The notes beneath the pieces are model-generated. The model did no database searches. It was given only the letters and a program-made list of their open reading frames with translations, and was not told the origin of the DNA. A stretch of 63,726 bases of DNA, the filler included, from Octopus bimaculoides (Eukaryota): assembly GCF_001194135.2 (NCBI RefSeq). It is 11 parts of 10 records of this genome, joined end to end, with 100 filler letters (N's around TTAATTAATTAA, not from the genome) between each part and the next. Parts side by side here need not be neighbours in the genome. Positions count along the whole stretch, not along the records: positions 62,283 to 63,726 come from NC_068982.1; 10 more parts are not named here. The stretch is one strand, 5' to 3'. The translations under genes were made by a program, and so were the position numbers. Below are positions 63,682 to 63,726 of this stretch, piece by piece (position 1 is the first letter of the stretch; every line of letters starts with the position of its first letter).

Positions 63682-63726
<45 letters not shown>

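Overview
Repeat-rich animal genomic DNA from a gapped draft assembly: N runs with a TTAATTAATTAA filler, very high microsatellite load. The SINE/LINE/mariner content looks like an octopod cephalopod (inference, not proven). Two protein-coding genes are supportable. (1) The 5' part of EIF3L on the minus strand: exons 12193-12232 and 8842-8998; exon 1 probably lies at or in the 13307-14094 gap, and later exons were not found in the window. (2) A complete-looking acetylcholinesterase-like alpha/beta-hydrolase on the plus strand: a giant exon (34358-35871, ATG 34385) and a second coding exon (39416-39600, or read-through to a stop at 39656; 575 aa). It keeps the Ser-Glu-His triad and three canonical disulfides but has lost the choline-binding Trp, the adjacent Glu and most aromatic gorge residues. 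The rest is transposon debris: RTE, Tx1/L1, HERO-like and Penelope LINEs, mariner/Tc1/DD37D elements, hAT and piggyBac MITEs, Helitron ends and tRNA-derived SINEs. Most interesting: the remodelled AChE-like enzyme with a CxxC insert and a possible GPI/alternative C-terminus; two minimal type-I hammerhead ribozyme motifs (one capping a ~137-nt rod-like hairpin, one inside a tRNA-headed SINE); a 28S rRNA fragment captured inside a mariner; a perfect 96-bp tail-to-tail palindrome; and a 35-bp pure inverted repeat flanked by 8-bp direct repeats. All motif alignments were done by eye; no database searches were run.
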